DNA of 59,250 bases from Bacteroidota bacterium. GTDB lineage: Bacteria; Bacteroidota; Bacteroidia; AKYH767-A; OLB10. Position 1 is the stretch's first letter; the number at the start of each line of letters is the position of its first letter. Position numbers and translations under genes: made by a program. A model generated the notes under the pieces. It was not told the origin of the DNA and searched no databases. It saw nothing but the letters and a program-made list of their open reading frames with translations. The stretch lies in NCBI GenBank assembly GCA_046052065.1, contig JBJOND010000005.1, positions 1 through 59,250 on the forward strand. Direction: 5' to 3'. Positions 19,065 through 28,721 of the stretch are shown here, one piece after another.

Positions 19065-20117
19065 TTAAGATTCCTCATTTTCGAGGTATTTGACAATTAG
19101 CTGGGGCATTCCAAAATCGCTCAACCGACTCCATGGGATATTGATATATTCAGTAGCGTCCATACTTGGAATATTTTCCAATTTAATCCACCAAAATTTA
19201 GCATATATGATTTGATGCGACAATACATGTTTTACAACCGAGCTTGATTTAACTACGCTGTAAGAAGTACCTTTTATGTGATTTGCTATATTCGTATTTG
19301 ATAAATCAAAAGCACTTTGATTTTTATTTTCTGATTCAATTAGTGGAAATTGATACAATCCCTGCCAGATATCTTTTGCTTCTCTTTTCTGAATGATGGT
19401 ATTTTTCTCATCCGAAAGAATCAGGTAATTGAAATAACGATTGCGCGTTTTGGTTTTTTTTGACTTGACAGGATATTCGCTTACCGAATTAGAAGCATAA
19501 CTCTTGCAATACTCCATAAATGGACAAACGGAACAATCGGGGTTGGAAGGTTTGCACTGCATAGCGCCGAACTCCATCAAAGATTGATTAAATGTCCCAG
19601 GATTGGATTTATCGAGTAGTTCATTCGCTAGTACAAAAAACTCTTTTTTACCATTGTTAGAATCGATGGGCGTATTTATCGCAAATATTCTGGAAAGAAA
19701 ACGGTAAACATTTCCATCGACAACGGCATGAGGTAAATTAAAAGCAAAGGAACTAATGGCTGCTGCAGTATAATCGCCAATTCCCTTTAATGCTCTAATT
19801 TGCTCATATTGATTAGGAAAATTTCCATTGTATTCATCTCTCACTACTTTGGCCGCGGCGTGTAAATTTCTGGCGCGCGAATAATACCCTAGCCCTTGCC
19901 ATAATCGCAAAACCTCTCGTTCATCGGCATTGGCAAGGTCGGTTACCGTTGGGAAGTTTTCCATAAATCGGAGCCAGTATGGCATTCCCTGCTCGACACG
20001 GGTTTGTTGTAAAATCACTTCTGAAAGCCAAATCGCATAGGGGTCGTTTGTCCTACGCCAGGGCAAATCACGCTGGTTATTGCGATACCAATCCATTAAA
20101 ATTTGGCTTAATTCCAT
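19065..20117 (-). CDS. mutY: A/G-specific adenine glycosylase
   Basis: SEVILQQTRV, GLGYYSRARN, HhH GIGDYTA, VVDGNV and the C-x6-C-x2-C-x5-C Fe-S motif. Confidence 0.96.
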   Translation of the reverse strand: MELSQILMDWYRNNQRDLPWRRTNDPYAIWLSEVILQQTRVEQGMPYWLRFMENFPTVTDLANADEREVLRLWQGLGYYSRARNLHAAAKVVRDEYNGNFPNQYEQIRALKGIGDYTAAAISSFAFNLPHAVVDGNVYRFLSRIFAINTPIDSNNGKKEFFVLANELLDKSNPGTFNQSLMEFGAMQCKPSNPDCSVCPFMEYCKSYASNSVSEYPVKSKKTKTRNRYFNYLILSDEKNTIIQKREAKDIWQGLYQFPLIESENKNQSAFDLSNTNIANHIKGTSYSVVKSSSVVKHVLSHQIIYAKFWWIKLENIPSMDATEYINIPWSRLSDFGMPQLIVKYLENEES

Positions 20118-20137
20118 TATTTATTGTGTAAGGGGCT

Positions 20138-20145
20138 CAAAAATA
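20138..20145 (-). promoter_or_regulatory. -7 element (TATTTTTG) of mutY
   Basis: Matches TAnnTTTG on the minus strand, 20 nt upstream of the ATG. Confidence 0.45.
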
Positions 20146-20180
20146 AAGAATTAATGTTTTTGTATTTCAATCATAAAGCC

Positions 20181-20188
20181 TATCTTTG
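20181..20188 (+). promoter_or_regulatory. -7 element (TATCTTTG) of the HU-TPR-small protein-rne cluster
   Basis: Exact TAnnTTTG followed by C, 42 nt before the HU ATG. Confidence 0.65.
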
Positions 20189-20230
20189 CAGCCCCTAAAC
20201 GAGAATTAACAATTTAAACATATTGTCATT

Positions 20231-20530
20231 ATGACTAAAGCAGAATTAGTAAACGAGATTTCAACTAAAACAGGTATTGAGAAAGTTGCGGTTCAACAGA
20301 CTATTGAATCGATGATGAAAGTAGTACGTAACTCATTAATCAATGATGAAAACGTATACTTAAGAGGATTTGGAAGTTTTATCGTTAAAAAACGTGCAAA
20401 GAAGACTGGTCGTATCATTACAAAAAATGCAACTATTATCATCCCTGAGCATTATATCCCGGCTTTCAAGCCTGCTAAAACTTTCACCGAGCGCGTTAAA
20501 ACTGCACACGTGAAAAAATCAGAAGGATAA
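20231..20530 (+). CDS. hup: HU family DNA-binding protein
   Basis: MTKAELV, YLRGFGSF, GRIITKN and PAFKP. Confidence 0.93.
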   Translation: MTKAELVNEISTKTGIEKVAVQQTIESMMKVVRNSLINDENVYLRGFGSFIVKKRAKKTGRIITKNATIIIPEHYIPAFKPAKTFTERVKTAHVKKSEG

Positions 20531-20533
20531 TAA

Positions 20534-21376
20534 ATGAAAGGAAATCATTTGCAATTAATAATTGTAGGAGCAGCTTTAGTACTTACCGGAGTAATTTACA
20601 CGATGCCTTCTCAGGTAAATGTAAAGGGAGAAACTATAGAGGGTCCTGCCAAAATAGATGCAAGTGGTTTTAGTGAGAGTGAAATATTAAATCAAGCGAA
20701 AGCTTTACTGGACAGTAACCAGTCGAAAAAACTAGCGTTCTTTGAGACAGCAGTAAAAAATAATGGAGATCGAGACACCGCAGTGCTCGATCAAATGGGA
20801 AGATTTTGGGATCAGGCCGGACTACCTGCAGCCGCAGCAATTTGGTTTGAAAAGAAATCAGTAGTCGTAAAATCAGAGCAAGGTTATCTTGACGCTGCCT
20901 ACCGTTATTTTGACGCATTTAAAATGACAGAGGATTCGTTATTTAGAACGTTGATGGTTAAGAAAGCAATGGAAAACTATCAACTTGTTTTAGATAAAAA
21001 CCCTTCGAACTTAAATGCAAAAACAGATTTAGGAGTTTGTTATGCCGAGGGATCTGCGGAGCCAATGAAAGGAATTATGCTTCTTCGAGAAGTAGTTTCA
21101 GCGGACCCTAATCATGAAATGGCCCAGTTCAACTTAGCCATGTTATCGATTAAATCAGGTCAGTTGGATAAAGCCATCGACAGGTTAAACACAGTATTAA
21201 AGATTAACCCTAAAAGAATCGACATTTATTTCTACCTTGGACAAGTGTATTCGTCGAGTGGAGATAATGCAAAAGCGATTGAAAGCTACAACAACTTCGT
21301 CACTAAAACCGACGACCCTAATGCAGCTGTTGAAGTAAAAAAAATGATTACAGCGCTTGAAAAAAGCCCTGCTTAA
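20534..21376 (+). CDS. Tetratricopeptide repeat protein with N-terminal membrane anchor
   Basis: Hydrophobic N-terminus, then TPR-like helices (AKTDLGVCY, AQFNLAMLSI, IYFYLGQVY). Confidence 0.8.
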   Translation: MKGNHLQLIIVGAALVLTGVIYTMPSQVNVKGETIEGPAKIDASGFSESEILNQAKALLDSNQSKKLAFFETAVKNNGDRDTAVLDQMGRFWDQAGLPAAAAIWFEKKSVVVKSEQGYLDAAYRYFDAFKMTEDSLFRTLMVKKAMENYQLVLDKNPSNLNAKTDLGVCYAEGSAEPMKGIMLLREVVSADPNHEMAQFNLAMLSIKSGQLDKAIDRLNTVLKINPKRIDIYFYLGQVYSSSGDNAKAIESYNNFVTKTDDPNAAVEVKKMITALEKSPA

Positions 21377-21420
21377 AACTGAAATAAATTACAATTCTAA
21401 CCGAATAAAAAAATATTATT

Positions 21421-21513
21421 ATGCCTTCAGGTAAAAAACGTAAGCGCCATAAAATGGCAACCCACAAACGTAAAAAGCGTCTTAGAAAAAACCGTCATAA
21501 GAAGAAGAAATAA
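21421..21513 (+). CDS. 30-aa basic protein, AURKAIP1/COX24-type small ribosomal protein (bS22-like)
   Basis: Hand translation: MPSGKKRKRHKMATHKRKKRLRKNRHKKKK*. Absent from the supplied ORF track because it is under 60 aa. Confidence 0.85.
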   Translation: MPSGKKRKRHKMATHKRKKRLRKNRHKKKK

Positions 21514-21548
21514 TCTGTAACAACAGGTTATTTCAAACGACAGATTGT

Positions 21549-21570
21549 GCTCTAATTTTTTAGGGCTTTT
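21549..21570 (+). terminator. Possible intrinsic terminator after the small basic protein
   Basis: GCTCTAA-tttt-TTAGGGC (one G-U pair) followed by TTTT. Confidence 0.4.
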
Positions 21571-21649
21571 CTGCTTTGTATGACTATGGACATTCATTTC
21601 GTATGTCCGTACTGTTTGTATATTCTAAATTTTAACCAGCTTTTTCTGA

Positions 21650-23212
21650 TTGAACAGTGAATTAATTATTGATTCGTCTTCAAGCGAAGTGACTATTGCT
21701 TTGGTTGAAGAGAAGCGCCTCGTAGAGCTCAACAAAGAGAAAAAAGAAAACAATTTCTCTGTTGGAGATATCTATTTGGGACGTGTTAAGAAACTCATGC
21801 CTTCACTGAACGCAGCATTTGTTGACATCGGCTATGAAAAAGATGCATTCTTGCATTACCTTGACCTTGGTCCGCAGGTACATTCATTGCTTAAGTTTAT
21901 GCGAAGCACCGTAAATGGTAGTCAGCCGCAATCATTATTGAACAATTTCGAACTAGAAGCTGACATTAACAAGGCAGGTAAAATTGGACAAATACTCTCT
22001 CCCAATATGAACCTAATCGTTCAAATTGCGAAAGAACCAATTTCAACCAAAGGACCACGTATCACTTCTGAAATTTCACTAGCCGGAAGATATGTCGTTT
22101 TAGTTCCCTTCTCCGATGTAGTTTCGATTTCTCAGAAGATAAAAAGCAGTACTGAACGCCAGCGCCTGAAGCGATTGGCCATGTCGATTAAGCCAAGAAA
22201 TTTCGGAATTATTGTTAGAACTGTTGCTGAAGGTAAAAAGGTTGCAGATCTTGATGCTGATATTCAAGACTTGTGTTCGCGCTGGCAAGCGATGCATGAA
22301 CAGCTAAAAACAGCATTGGCTCCTGTCAAGATTTTGGGAGAAATGAATAGAACTTCGACCATTCTTCGTGATTTACTTAATCCAAACTTTAACAGTATTC
22401 AGGTGAATGACCCTTCGTTAGCTGAAGAAATTAAAAGCTATATCCGAAGTATTGCTCCCGATCAGGTAGATATTGTAAAGCTTTATAAAGGCAAACTTCC
22501 AATTTTTGAAAACTTTGGAGTAGACAAACAAATAAAAGGATTGTTCGGTAAGACGGTAACGTTAAGCGGTGGTGCTTACTTAATTATTGAGCATACAGAA
22601 GCGCTTCATGTAATTGATGTCAATTCAGGAGGAAGAAATAAAGGGGCACAGGATAATCAAGAAGCAAGTGCTTTAGCTGTAAACATTGCTGCTGCCAAAG
22701 AAATTGCTCGTCAGTTGCGCTTGCGCGATATGGGCGGAATTGTGGTTATCGATTTTATCGATATGAAGAACACGCTTCATCGCAAAGAGTTGTTCGACAC
22801 TTTACGCGATGAGATGAAATTAGATCGCGCACGCCATACTATTTTACCAGCAAGTAAATTTGGATTGATTCAATTAACTCGTGAACGTGTACGTCCTGTT
22901 ACCAATATCATCACCGTAGAAAAATGTCCTACATGCGATGGCAGTGGTGAAATAAAAGCTTCTATCCTTTTAATTGACGATATCGAAAATAATATTCGTT
23001 ATTTATGTCAAGAACAGAATGAAAAATCACTCACACTACACGTACATCCTTACTTGGCTGCATATTTAACGCAAGGTAAGTATACGTTTAAGTCATATCA
23101 GTGGAAGTGGTTTAAGAAATACAAAAAATGGATTGCTATCGATCCTATTTCAGCACTTCATTTTATGGAGTATCATTTTTTCAATAATCAAGGAGAAGAA
23201 ATTAAACTTTAA
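21650..23212 (+). CDS. rng: Rne/Rng family ribonuclease (TTG start)
   Basis: S1 domain (GDIYLGRV...AFVDIGYEKDAFLH), KGPRIT, VIDVNSG, GGIVVIDFIDM and CPTCDGSG. Confidence 0.92.
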   Translation: MNSELIIDSSSSEVTIALVEEKRLVELNKEKKENNFSVGDIYLGRVKKLMPSLNAAFVDIGYEKDAFLHYLDLGPQVHSLLKFMRSTVNGSQPQSLLNNFELEADINKAGKIGQILSPNMNLIVQIAKEPISTKGPRITSEISLAGRYVVLVPFSDVVSISQKIKSSTERQRLKRLAMSIKPRNFGIIVRTVAEGKKVADLDADIQDLCSRWQAMHEQLKTALAPVKILGEMNRTSTILRDLLNPNFNSIQVNDPSLAEEIKSYIRSIAPDQVDIVKLYKGKLPIFENFGVDKQIKGLFGKTVTLSGGAYLIIEHTEALHVIDVNSGGRNKGAQDNQEASALAVNIAAAKEIARQLRLRDMGGIVVIDFIDMKNTLHRKELFDTLRDEMKLDRARHTILPASKFGLIQLTRERVRPVTNIITVEKCPTCDGSGEIKASILLIDDIENNIRYLCQEQNEKSLTLHVHPYLAAYLTQGKYTFKSYQWKWFKKYKKWIAIDPISALHFMEYHFFNNQGEEIKL

Positions 23213-25803
23213 TTTCTGTGTTCCGCAACTACAATTGGCTTGCGGATTTTTTGTACTTGTCCTTGCTCAGTAATTATTTCAGCATACAAAATGTAAATTC
23301 CTGAAGGCAAAATTCGATTTCGTTCGTCCGTGCCATCCCAGATAAGCTTATCATCACCGCCAATTAAATCAGCATTTAATAATTGTTTGATTTTATTTCC
23401 GTTTAAATCAAGAATTAGAATAAATGACCATGCTCCACCAATATTCGAATTAATTTCAATCAGTGTATGATCATCAAAACCATCGTTATCAGGAGAAAAA
23501 ACGGTTGGAGTTATGCTAATAATTGTTTCCTCTGTTGAACCATCAATGGCCTGCGAATTTTTTAAAGTTGGAGTTGCATAACCGGAGGCATAAGATGCGC
23601 TACTCCAGTTTTTATCATTAGAAGCTGGAACATCAGCGCTTATTCTTTCGAGTGAAACTCCTTCGTTTGTTGTTAATAATTGTGAATGTAGTTTTTCGGA
23701 ATACTTCAATTCGTCAATAACAACTGCAGCGGCATCCAAAAACAAAATACTTCCTTCATCATCATTCATTGAAGGCAATTCATAAAACACCGATTTGCTA
23801 ATTTGTGCCGATGGATAACAATTAAAATAATTGTCGTTTGTATTACTTAAAACCAAATAATCTTTTGGCATTATCACCAAATCATCAGTGGTGATTTTTG
23901 AATTATACTCAACCTGATTGCTCGTACTATTCCTACGCGAACAACTACAACTTTTAAGTGAAATTATTTTGTCGGATTTATTATACATCTCTACAAAATC
24001 AACACAGTTATCATAAGGGTTAAACATAATTTCATTGATGATTAAATCGTCTGCATCAGGAGTAACTCCAACTCCAAATTGGTATTTATTATCGCGAAGT
24101 ATTTTGTTGCCATTACAGTCGATAATATCATTCAACTGCAACCAGTGCGCTTCATTAGGCAACAATGTAAGATTAACTTGTAGATGGATTTTACTAGTAT
24201 AAGTTTTATCCGCACTAATTGATATAGGATTTATTTGCTCATCAATAATAAAATCGTTTGCCGATAAACTATCTGCATTTATCTCTTCATTAAACACAAC
24301 CGATAGATGATTACTATCGATAACAAAAACAGATTGCACCATCGGATAATCCGCATCAATAAAAATATGATTACTGCAATTGGCTAATCCAGGACTACCT
24401 CCCCTTGCATCACAGGATGCGCTCCAGTTATTTGAATTAGCGCACATATAATCGAGTTGGATTTTCTCCAACGACCATCCTCCTTGACTTTTAAATTCAT
24501 TATGATAAAAAGAAGTATTGTAATTTAAAATATCTAAAACATTTGACGAATCCTTTAACACCAATTCATCTCCATCGTTATTCAATGTTGGAAATCCCGA
24601 AACAACTTTTGCATCAATACCATTTGCTTCGAGTTGTAATTTTCCAGAAGCGCTCGTGAAAACCACATAACATTTTGGACAAATAGTATCATTCGAAAAT
24701 ATCCCTGTTGATGAAGGATCACTTAGTGTAAGTGATTTTGTTGCGAGATATTTATTGGAAATATTATACAACTCTAAATATTCTACATTAGGTAAATTAT
24801 TTGCGCCTGAAGGATGACACATGACTTCGCTAATCACTAAATCGCCAACAGCAATAATATCGCAACGAATAAAAACAAGATTACATAAAATGGTATCGGC
24901 AGTATTTGAACTAACATCTTGAATATCCTTGAGTAAAAATTTTAACGTATCTCCGCTGTTAATTTGATTAGCTAATTCAATCTGAAAAATACTTGAATCG
25001 TTATTAGCGAAAATATTTACAGGATTATTACTTGATTGCAACAATTGAAAATTTGTATTAAGTTTAAATCCTTTAATAGGCTCGTTAAAATCAATTTCGA
25101 TAATTGAATCATTTATCATTTTTGAATCAATTAAAAAAGGACAAACCGTATCACGAATAAAACTCCCAGCATACACATTATCTAAATAAAATCCGGAAGT
25201 GTTACTTACCGTATAAGTGCATTGCCAACCTAAATAACCGTTACCAAGATTCATATTATCATTTACAAAAAATTCTAATTGATAATTATTCCCGCCCGTA
25301 TAATCGGTATAGATTTCAATCAATCCGTTAGGATATTTAACAACCTTAATACTTACGCCAAATGCTGAAGCAACTCTTGCATCAACACCTCTACCAAGTA
25401 ACGCATTCACATTGCCACTTTGCTTATAAAATTGAATTGCATCATTGGATCCTGATTCACCAAATTGAAGATAATACCCATCTGCATTAGCAAAATTGTT
25501 TTGTGTTGAGTACAGATAATACTTTGTATTATTTTGCGAAGATGGAGAGAAATCAAGCTCGATATAAAAGCGCCATTCGATTGTATCCATTCCTGATAAA
25601 TCAACAGCAGTAGTTAAAGTTGAAGTGCCAGCTACTGCTGCATGTAATTGTAGTTGCTTAACTGAGTTCACCATAAAATCAGTAGTATCCCCTGACCAAC
25701 ATGGATTACTATTAAAATCCGCATCGCTAAAATCATCCGAAACTTGCGAATAAGAAAATTGAAAGCAATGAACTAAAATCAAAAGAGTAATGAGGTGCTT
25801 CAT
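23209..25803 (-). CDS. Secreted lamin-tail-domain protein with a gliding-motility-associated (type B-like) T9SS C-terminal domain
   Basis: Signal peptide, two LTD-like motifs (VISEVM...EYLELYN; IINEIMFNP...DFVEMYN), GWSLE/GVSLERI, and the C-terminal PTVFSPDNDGFDD...WDG...GIYI. Confidence 0.78.
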   Translation of the reverse strand: MKHLITLLILVHCFQFSYSQVSDDFSDADFNSNPCWSGDTTDFMVNSVKQLQLHAAVAGTSTLTTAVDLSGMDTIEWRFYIELDFSPSSQNNTKYYLYSTQNNFANADGYYLQFGESGSNDAIQFYKQSGNVNALLGRGVDARVASAFGVSIKVVKYPNGLIEIYTDYTGGNNYQLEFFVNDNMNLGNGYLGWQCTYTVSNTSGFYLDNVYAGSFIRDTVCPFLIDSKMINDSIIEIDFNEPIKGFKLNTNFQLLQSSNNPVNIFANNDSSIFQIELANQINSGDTLKFLLKDIQDVSSNTADTILCNLVFIRCDIIAVGDLVISEVMCHPSGANNLPNVEYLELYNISNKYLATKSLTLSDPSSTGIFSNDTICPKCYVVFTSASGKLQLEANGIDAKVVSGFPTLNNDGDELVLKDSSNVLDILNYNTSFYHNEFKSQGGWSLEKIQLDYMCANSNNWSASCDARGGSPGLANCSNHIFIDADYPMVQSVFVIDSNHLSVVFNEEINADSLSANDFIIDEQINPISISADKTYTSKIHLQVNLTLLPNEAHWLQLNDIIDCNGNKILRDNKYQFGVGVTPDADDLIINEIMFNPYDNCVDFVEMYNKSDKIISLKSCSCSRRNSTSNQVEYNSKITTDDLVIMPKDYLVLSNTNDNYFNCYPSAQISKSVFYELPSMNDDEGSILFLDAAAVVIDELKYSEKLHSQLLTTNEGVSLERISADVPASNDKNWSSASYASGYATPTLKNSQAIDGSTEETIISITPTVFSPDNDGFDDHTLIEINSNIGGAWSFILILDLNGNKIKQLLNADLIGGDDKLIWDGTDERNRILPSGIYILYAEIITEQGQVQKIRKPIVVAEHRN

Positions 25804-25885
25804 AAATTATTTTTTGGCAAAACTATAATGAGGTCGTGCCTTCTACCCCATAACAAACATTTACAAACGTTTAACTTCAAGATTT

Positions 25886-25899
25886 GTGACAATAGTCAC
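25886..25899. promoter_or_regulatory. Palindromic operator-like site GTGAC-AATA-GTCAC
   Basis: Perfect 5-bp inverted repeat (GTGA-N6-TCAC). Its centre is 28.5 nt upstream of TATCTTCG (25921-25928). Confidence 0.45.
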
Positions 25900-25947
25900 C
25901 AACTCATTTTTATAAATACCTATCTTCGTTCCGCCTTACCGAAAAAA

Positions 25948-26868
25948 ATGATTCGCAAGTCACTATTTATTCTTGCATTAGTTGTATGCACAATTCCTTT
26001 TATGAATCCACCATTAGCTTTGCTATTGGGATTTATTATTGCGCAGACAATTGAGAATCCATTTGAAAAATACAGTCATAAAGCGACGAACTGGCTTTTA
26101 AAATCATCCATCGTTTTACTTGGTTTCGGAATGAACTTGCACAAAGCATTTGATGCTGGTAAAACAGGATTTATGTTCACCATTTTTTCTATTGGCATCA
26201 CCTTACTTGCAGGATGGTTATTGGGAAGAAAGTTAGGAGTAGATAAGAAAACATCATTTTTAATATCAAGCGGAACCGCTATTTGTGGTGGAAGTGCCAT
26301 TGCAGCGGTTTCACCAATTGTTCAAGCTAACGAAAAGGAAATGAGTGTTTCTTTAGGAACGGTTTTCATTTTGAACTCAATTGCTCTTTTGATATTCCCA
26401 ATTATTGGTCATTTATTGCACATGAGTGAGCACCAATTCGGACTATGGGCGGCAGTTGCTATTCATGATACCAGCTCTGTGGTTGGTGCTGCGAGTAAAT
26501 ATGGCGATGAAGCATTACAAGTTGCCACGACCGTTAAATTAGCAAGAGCACTTTATATTATTCCTTTATCATTATTAACGGCTTACTTTTATAAATCTGG
26601 TAATTCAAAAATCAGCATTCCTTACTTCATAGGCTTATTTTTAATTGCTATGGTCATAGGAACCTACGTTCCTGAATACACATCAACTTATAGTACACTA
26701 GTGATGATAGCAAAGAAAGGATTAACCATTACCTTGTTCTTAATTGGTAGTGGATTATCTATTAAAAAATTAAGATCGGTTGGAGTAAAGCCATTAATTC
26801 AAGGAATAAGCCTGTGGATTTTCATCAGCTTACTTTCCCTAGTTTCCATATTTTACTTTACGCAATAA
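25948..26868 (+). CDS. YeiH / UPF0324 putative sulfate exporter family membrane protein (start probably ATG 25948)
   Basis: Multi-TM protein with GTAICGGSAIAA, AIHDTSSVVGA and VKLARAL. The ORF-track start at 25795 overlaps the divergent gene and reads as non-coding. Confidence 0.88.
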   Translation: MIRKSLFILALVVCTIPFMNPPLALLLGFIIAQTIENPFEKYSHKATNWLLKSSIVLLGFGMNLHKAFDAGKTGFMFTIFSIGITLLAGWLLGRKLGVDKKTSFLISSGTAICGGSAIAAVSPIVQANEKEMSVSLGTVFILNSIALLIFPIIGHLLHMSEHQFGLWAAVAIHDTSSVVGAASKYGDEALQVATTVKLARALYIIPLSLLTAYFYKSGNSKISIPYFIGLFLIAMVIGTYVPEYTSTYSTLVMIAKKGLTITLFLIGSGLSIKKLRSVGVKPLIQGISLWIFISLLSLVSIFYFTQ

Positions 26869-26949
26869 TCCTTAGTAATTAAAAGCACTTTGTTCAAAAT
26901 ATATTGAAAGGCCAACGCTACTTTCGATGTTTTAAATAGTTTTGTTACT

Positions 26950-27939
26950 ATGAAAATAGCCGTAGTGGGTGCAACCGGATTGGTAGGCACAAAAATGATT
27001 GAAGTATTAGCTGAAAGAAATTTTCCTGTTAGCGAATTAATTCCTGTTGCCTCTGAAAAGTCGGTAGGAAAAGAAATTGTTTTTAATGGTAAATCATATA
27101 AGGTAGTTGGAATGCAAACCTGCATTGATATGAAGCCCGCTATTGCATTATTTTCTGCCGGAGGTAATACTTCTTTGGAATGGGCTCCCTTGTTTGCTGA
27201 AGCAGGAATAACAGTCATTGATAATTCATCGGCATGGAGAATGGATCCATTAAAAAAACTAGTAGTTCCCGAGATCAATGCAGATGTGTTAACGAAAGAC
27301 GATAAAATCATCGCTAATCCGAATTGCTCTACCATTCAGATGGTATTACCATTAGCACCCTTACATAAAGCTTATAAAATAAAAAGAGTTGTTGTTTCTA
27401 CCTATCAATCGGTGAGTGGCACTGGTGTAAAAGCTGTTTCCCAATTAATGAATGAGCGACAAGGAATCAATGGTGAAATGGCGTACGCCTATCCTATCGA
27501 TTTAAATCTAATTCCCCAGATCGATTCTTTTCTTGATAATGGAAGTACCAAAGAAGAAATGAAGATGGTGAACGAAACATGTAAGATTTTGAGAGATGAT
27601 TCTATCCGAGTTTCTGCAACTACCATTCGTGTTCCTGTAAAAGGAGGACATAGCGAAAGTGTAAATATTGAATTCGAAAATAATTTTGACCTTTCAGATG
27701 TAAGAAAGCTTATTTCGGATATGCCTGGCGTTATATTACAGGATGATCCTACTAAACAACTTTATCCGATGCCATTGTTTGCCGAAGGTAAAGACGATGT
27801 ATTTGTAGGACGTGTGAGAAGAGATGAGTCGCAACCGAATACACTAAACATGTGGGTGGTGGCTGATAACTTACGCAAAGGAGCTGCTACTAATGCGGTT
27901 CAAATAGCGGAGTACCTATTAAAAAACAATCTCGCTTAG
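26950..27939 (+). CDS. asd: Aspartate-semialdehyde dehydrogenase
   Basis: VVGATGLVG, DNSSAWRM, NPNCST, GHSE and DNLRKGAATNAVQIAE. Confidence 0.97.
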   Translation: MKIAVVGATGLVGTKMIEVLAERNFPVSELIPVASEKSVGKEIVFNGKSYKVVGMQTCIDMKPAIALFSAGGNTSLEWAPLFAEAGITVIDNSSAWRMDPLKKLVVPEINADVLTKDDKIIANPNCSTIQMVLPLAPLHKAYKIKRVVVSTYQSVSGTGVKAVSQLMNERQGINGEMAYAYPIDLNLIPQIDSFLDNGSTKEEMKMVNETCKILRDDSIRVSATTIRVPVKGGHSESVNIEFENNFDLSDVRKLISDMPGVILQDDPTKQLYPMPLFAEGKDDVFVGRVRRDESQPNTLNMWVVADNLRKGAATNAVQIAEYLLKNNLA

Positions 27940-27941
27940 AA

Positions 27942-28721
27942 TTACTTTACTAAAGCTAATGGATGCGCAACTCCAGTGTATTGCAATAAATCCATTTTAA
28001 TTGAACCAACCATCAAATTTGCTTCAGCACGAACTGGCAATCTGTTTTTATCATCGCTAATCCAGATGGTCATACTTTCCTGCTCTTTAAATACGCGCCC
28101 TTCCATCACATAAGGCTTAAACTTCATGCACCGAATTTTACCTTTATCAGTTGATAGAATAACCTTCCCTGTATACTTCAACATCATCGGAAAAATAGCA
28201 TCATCTAAATAGGTTTGAATGACGAATGTATCTCCGGGTGCAGCACGACTAAAATCGATAGTGCGAGCAAAGTAAAATGCCGATAACAAATCCTGAACAT
28301 GCTTTGGCGTTTTAACTGCTTTTTTCTCACTAGTGGCTAAGCCATTCACATGATCAAATTTCACCTTTTGATTTACTTTATAGCCACCTTCTCTCACATC
28401 ACGTACAAAATACCAAGGCAACATCGCGTCTTTATCAATATAACTTTCATAGCGATCGCGCACTTTGAAAAACCAATCGAAGGCCCCAACAGACTTCCCT
28501 TCACCGATTACCTGATAACATGATTTACCAAAAACTGTTTTTAGTGTAGGCGACACCGTTAGTGTAGCTTCACCTGCATCCATAAATCCGTAGTGGACTC
28601 TGAATTTTAATTGTTCACCAGGAACAAATGCTTCCTGATTGACTTTTCTTAACTCTTGACAATTTGCTTTTGAAATAAAAATCAAAAGGGAAAATGTCAG
28701 TAAATAAATTGTTTTTCTCAT
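27942..28721 (-). CDS. DUF3108 domain-containing secreted protein (start probably ATG 28721)
   Basis: Signal peptide, AFVPGEQLKFRVHYG, FFKVRDRYESY, QDLLSAFYFAR and WISDDKNRLPV. Confidence 0.75.
   Translation of the reverse strand: MRKTIYLLTFSLLIFISKANCQELRKVNQEAFVPGEQLKFRVHYGFMDAGEATLTVSPTLKTVFGKSCYQVIGEGKSVGAFDWFFKVRDRYESYIDKDAMLPWYFVRDVREGGYKVNQKVKFDHVNGLATSEKKAVKTPKHVQDLLSAFYFARTIDFSRAAPGDTFVIQTYLDDAIFPMMLKYTGKVILSTDKGKIRCMKFKPYVMEGRVFKEQESMTIWISDDKNRLPVRAEANLMVGSIKMDLLQYTGVAHPLALVK

Noticed and set aside
25795-25947. N-terminal extensions in the ORF track (YeiH 25795; likewise gldD 18489, DUF3108 28745, ribE 42213, S9 peptidase 46815)
   Set aside because: The extensions cover promoter boxes or overlap neighbours, and the downstream ATGs give proper family N-termini or signal peptides.
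26853-27335. 160-aa antisense ORF over asd, plus other shadow ORFs in the track (e.g. 873-1223, 1286-1594, 13393-13785, 31012-31434, 53569-53976, 5315-5578)
   Set aside because: They lie largely or wholly on well-supported genes, show no protein motifs, and are explained by the codon bias of the real gene.
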